The notes under the pieces were generated by a model. The model had not been told where the DNA came from, did not search any database, and worked only from the letters and a program-made list of their open reading frames with translations. A program made the translations under genes and the position numbers. Source: Lytechinus pictus (lineage: Eukaryota). Taken from it: a stretch of DNA of 64,000 nt. Positions 62,634 through 64,000 of the stretch are shown piece by piece. How positions within the stretch are numbered: position 1 is the stretch's first letter; every line of letters begins with the position of its first letter. Location: positions 10,728,001-10,792,000 of the forward strand of contig NC_087250.1 in assembly GCF_037042905.1 (NCBI RefSeq), given 5' to 3'.

Positions 62634-63560
62634 TAGTCCAGTAGAATCACAACATGATCGTTAAAGTGGGTATAAGTGCTTTTTTTGGGGGGGGGGGTTG
62701 AACATTTTTTTCGAATCAATGACTTAAGAAACGCCCATTATTCGCACTCATCTTGCTCCTGATTTGTCTACTTTACAGAATAAATAATTCATGTTTGGTA
62801 TCATATTGAAACTGATGAAAAAATAGAATGTAAATAAATTCATGTGGCATTAAAGTCACGTACAGGTCGTCAAAGGTCGAATTGGGTCACAAAAGGTAAT
62901 ACAACATACACTACGAAGCGTCATATGTTCTAAAATATTACATGTAGCGTATCATATGCATATTCTGCTGAAAATTGTAGTTGAGAGTGTGTATATCAAT
63001 AATCTGGAGGTTGCAATCTTGGCACTCTAAGGCAATCTTGTTGATTGACATCATAAGCAACGTCAAATTTTCACATTTCTCTTAATTGACTTTTATAGAT
63101 TACGGAAAGTACATGTGATGTGTTGATAGCAAATTAAAGCTGTTGAAAAGTTTAACTATATGGATCTCATAGCATTGATTGCACGTAAAGTGCAGTTGAA
63201 GGATATTTGAGGTAATAAAAAGGTCAAATTGGGTCACAAAAATGTTGTTACTATAATGCAGAACATACGCAATGTGTTTTAAATACAAACACGTCAATAA
63301 TATTCATTTCGGGGTAAAAGTTGTAGTTTAGGGTTTATATATTAAAATTAAAGTACTTTGTCTTCCTTATAACAATTCTTTTTTTTTTTTTATTGAGCCA
63401 TGCACACATTTTACATAGCCATATTCGTCTTGATACAGTTTTAGGAATAGATATATCGTGTTTGATATTAGATTAAAGTTAATGAAAATTCCAAAATAGA
63501 TATTGACCATTAGGCATTGAGAACATGTGCAGGTCATTTTAAAGTCATTTAAAGTCTTTG
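62634..63560. mobile_element. Arm of an Academ-like element related to 6088-8670
   Basis: TAGTCCAGTAGAATCACAACATGATCGTTAAAGTGGGTAT resembles CAGTCTAGTAGAACCACAACATTACCGTCAAGTTGGGTAT; internal ~350-bp repeats (AAGGTC(G/A)AATTGGGTCACAAAA at ~62873 and ~63220). Confidence 0.5.
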
Positions 63561-64000
63561 TCACAAAGTGAACAAGAATTCAAATCTTAAAAGCATTTTA
63601 ATTAAGCATTTTAAATAGTTGAAATTGGAAAGTTAGTAATCTTAGCAATCCTAGCAATCAAGTTAACCCCAAGAGAACAATTATAGGATCCCAGGCTAGA
63701 GTGCTCTCTGGCGGAATAGGAGAAGTATGTGAATGATGTGTGCTGGGCAGTAGTACCGTGTGCAATGAGCTATGCATGAATGCTTGCTGTACAGTGCAAA
63801 TTATGTATGCATATGTATCGTTTGCTCCTCTTATCTTAATAAATTTTGCTCCAGTAAGAATTACTCAGAGGGAATGCTGCATTATCGACCGTGTTTAATT
63901 TCATCCAGTATGAATAACATTACTGTAAAGCACATAATTTCCATCAGCGCAAATTACGTATGCATGCAGTATGTCTCGTTTGCTTCTCGTATCGTAATAT

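Overview
This is AT-rich, transposon-saturated eukaryotic DNA. A marine invertebrate, probably echinoderm/sea-urchin-like, origin is inferred from the repeat and death-domain style. There are no prokaryotic operons, rRNA, true tRNA or CRISPR arrays. The only host-gene remnant I can support is a minus-strand DEATH-domain exon (5809-6083), whose splice acceptor has been split by a transposon. Almost everything else is nested mobile DNA, and many insertions can be bounded from terminal inverted repeats (TIRs) and target-site duplications (TSDs). The largest structure is a decayed IS3EU-like DNA transposon (about 22070-46067, minus strand). Its apparently spliced transposase gene starts with a signal-peptide-like leader. 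It hosts a DIRS1-type retrotransposon with recognisable ITR/ICR, a Harbinger-like element, a CR1-group LINE, a Helitron-like repeat, and a near-full-length Tx1/L1 element inserted in its 53-bp subterminal repeats. Its end plus flanking DNA is present in three tandem copies. Also present: a second CR1-group LINE split by a Chapaev-like element, several Academ-like long-TIR elements, piggyBac-, Kolobok-, Tc1- and hAT-like non-autonomous elements, and tRNA-derived SINEs. Superfamily names rest on terminal motifs, TSD lengths and protein motifs read by eye, not on database searches.
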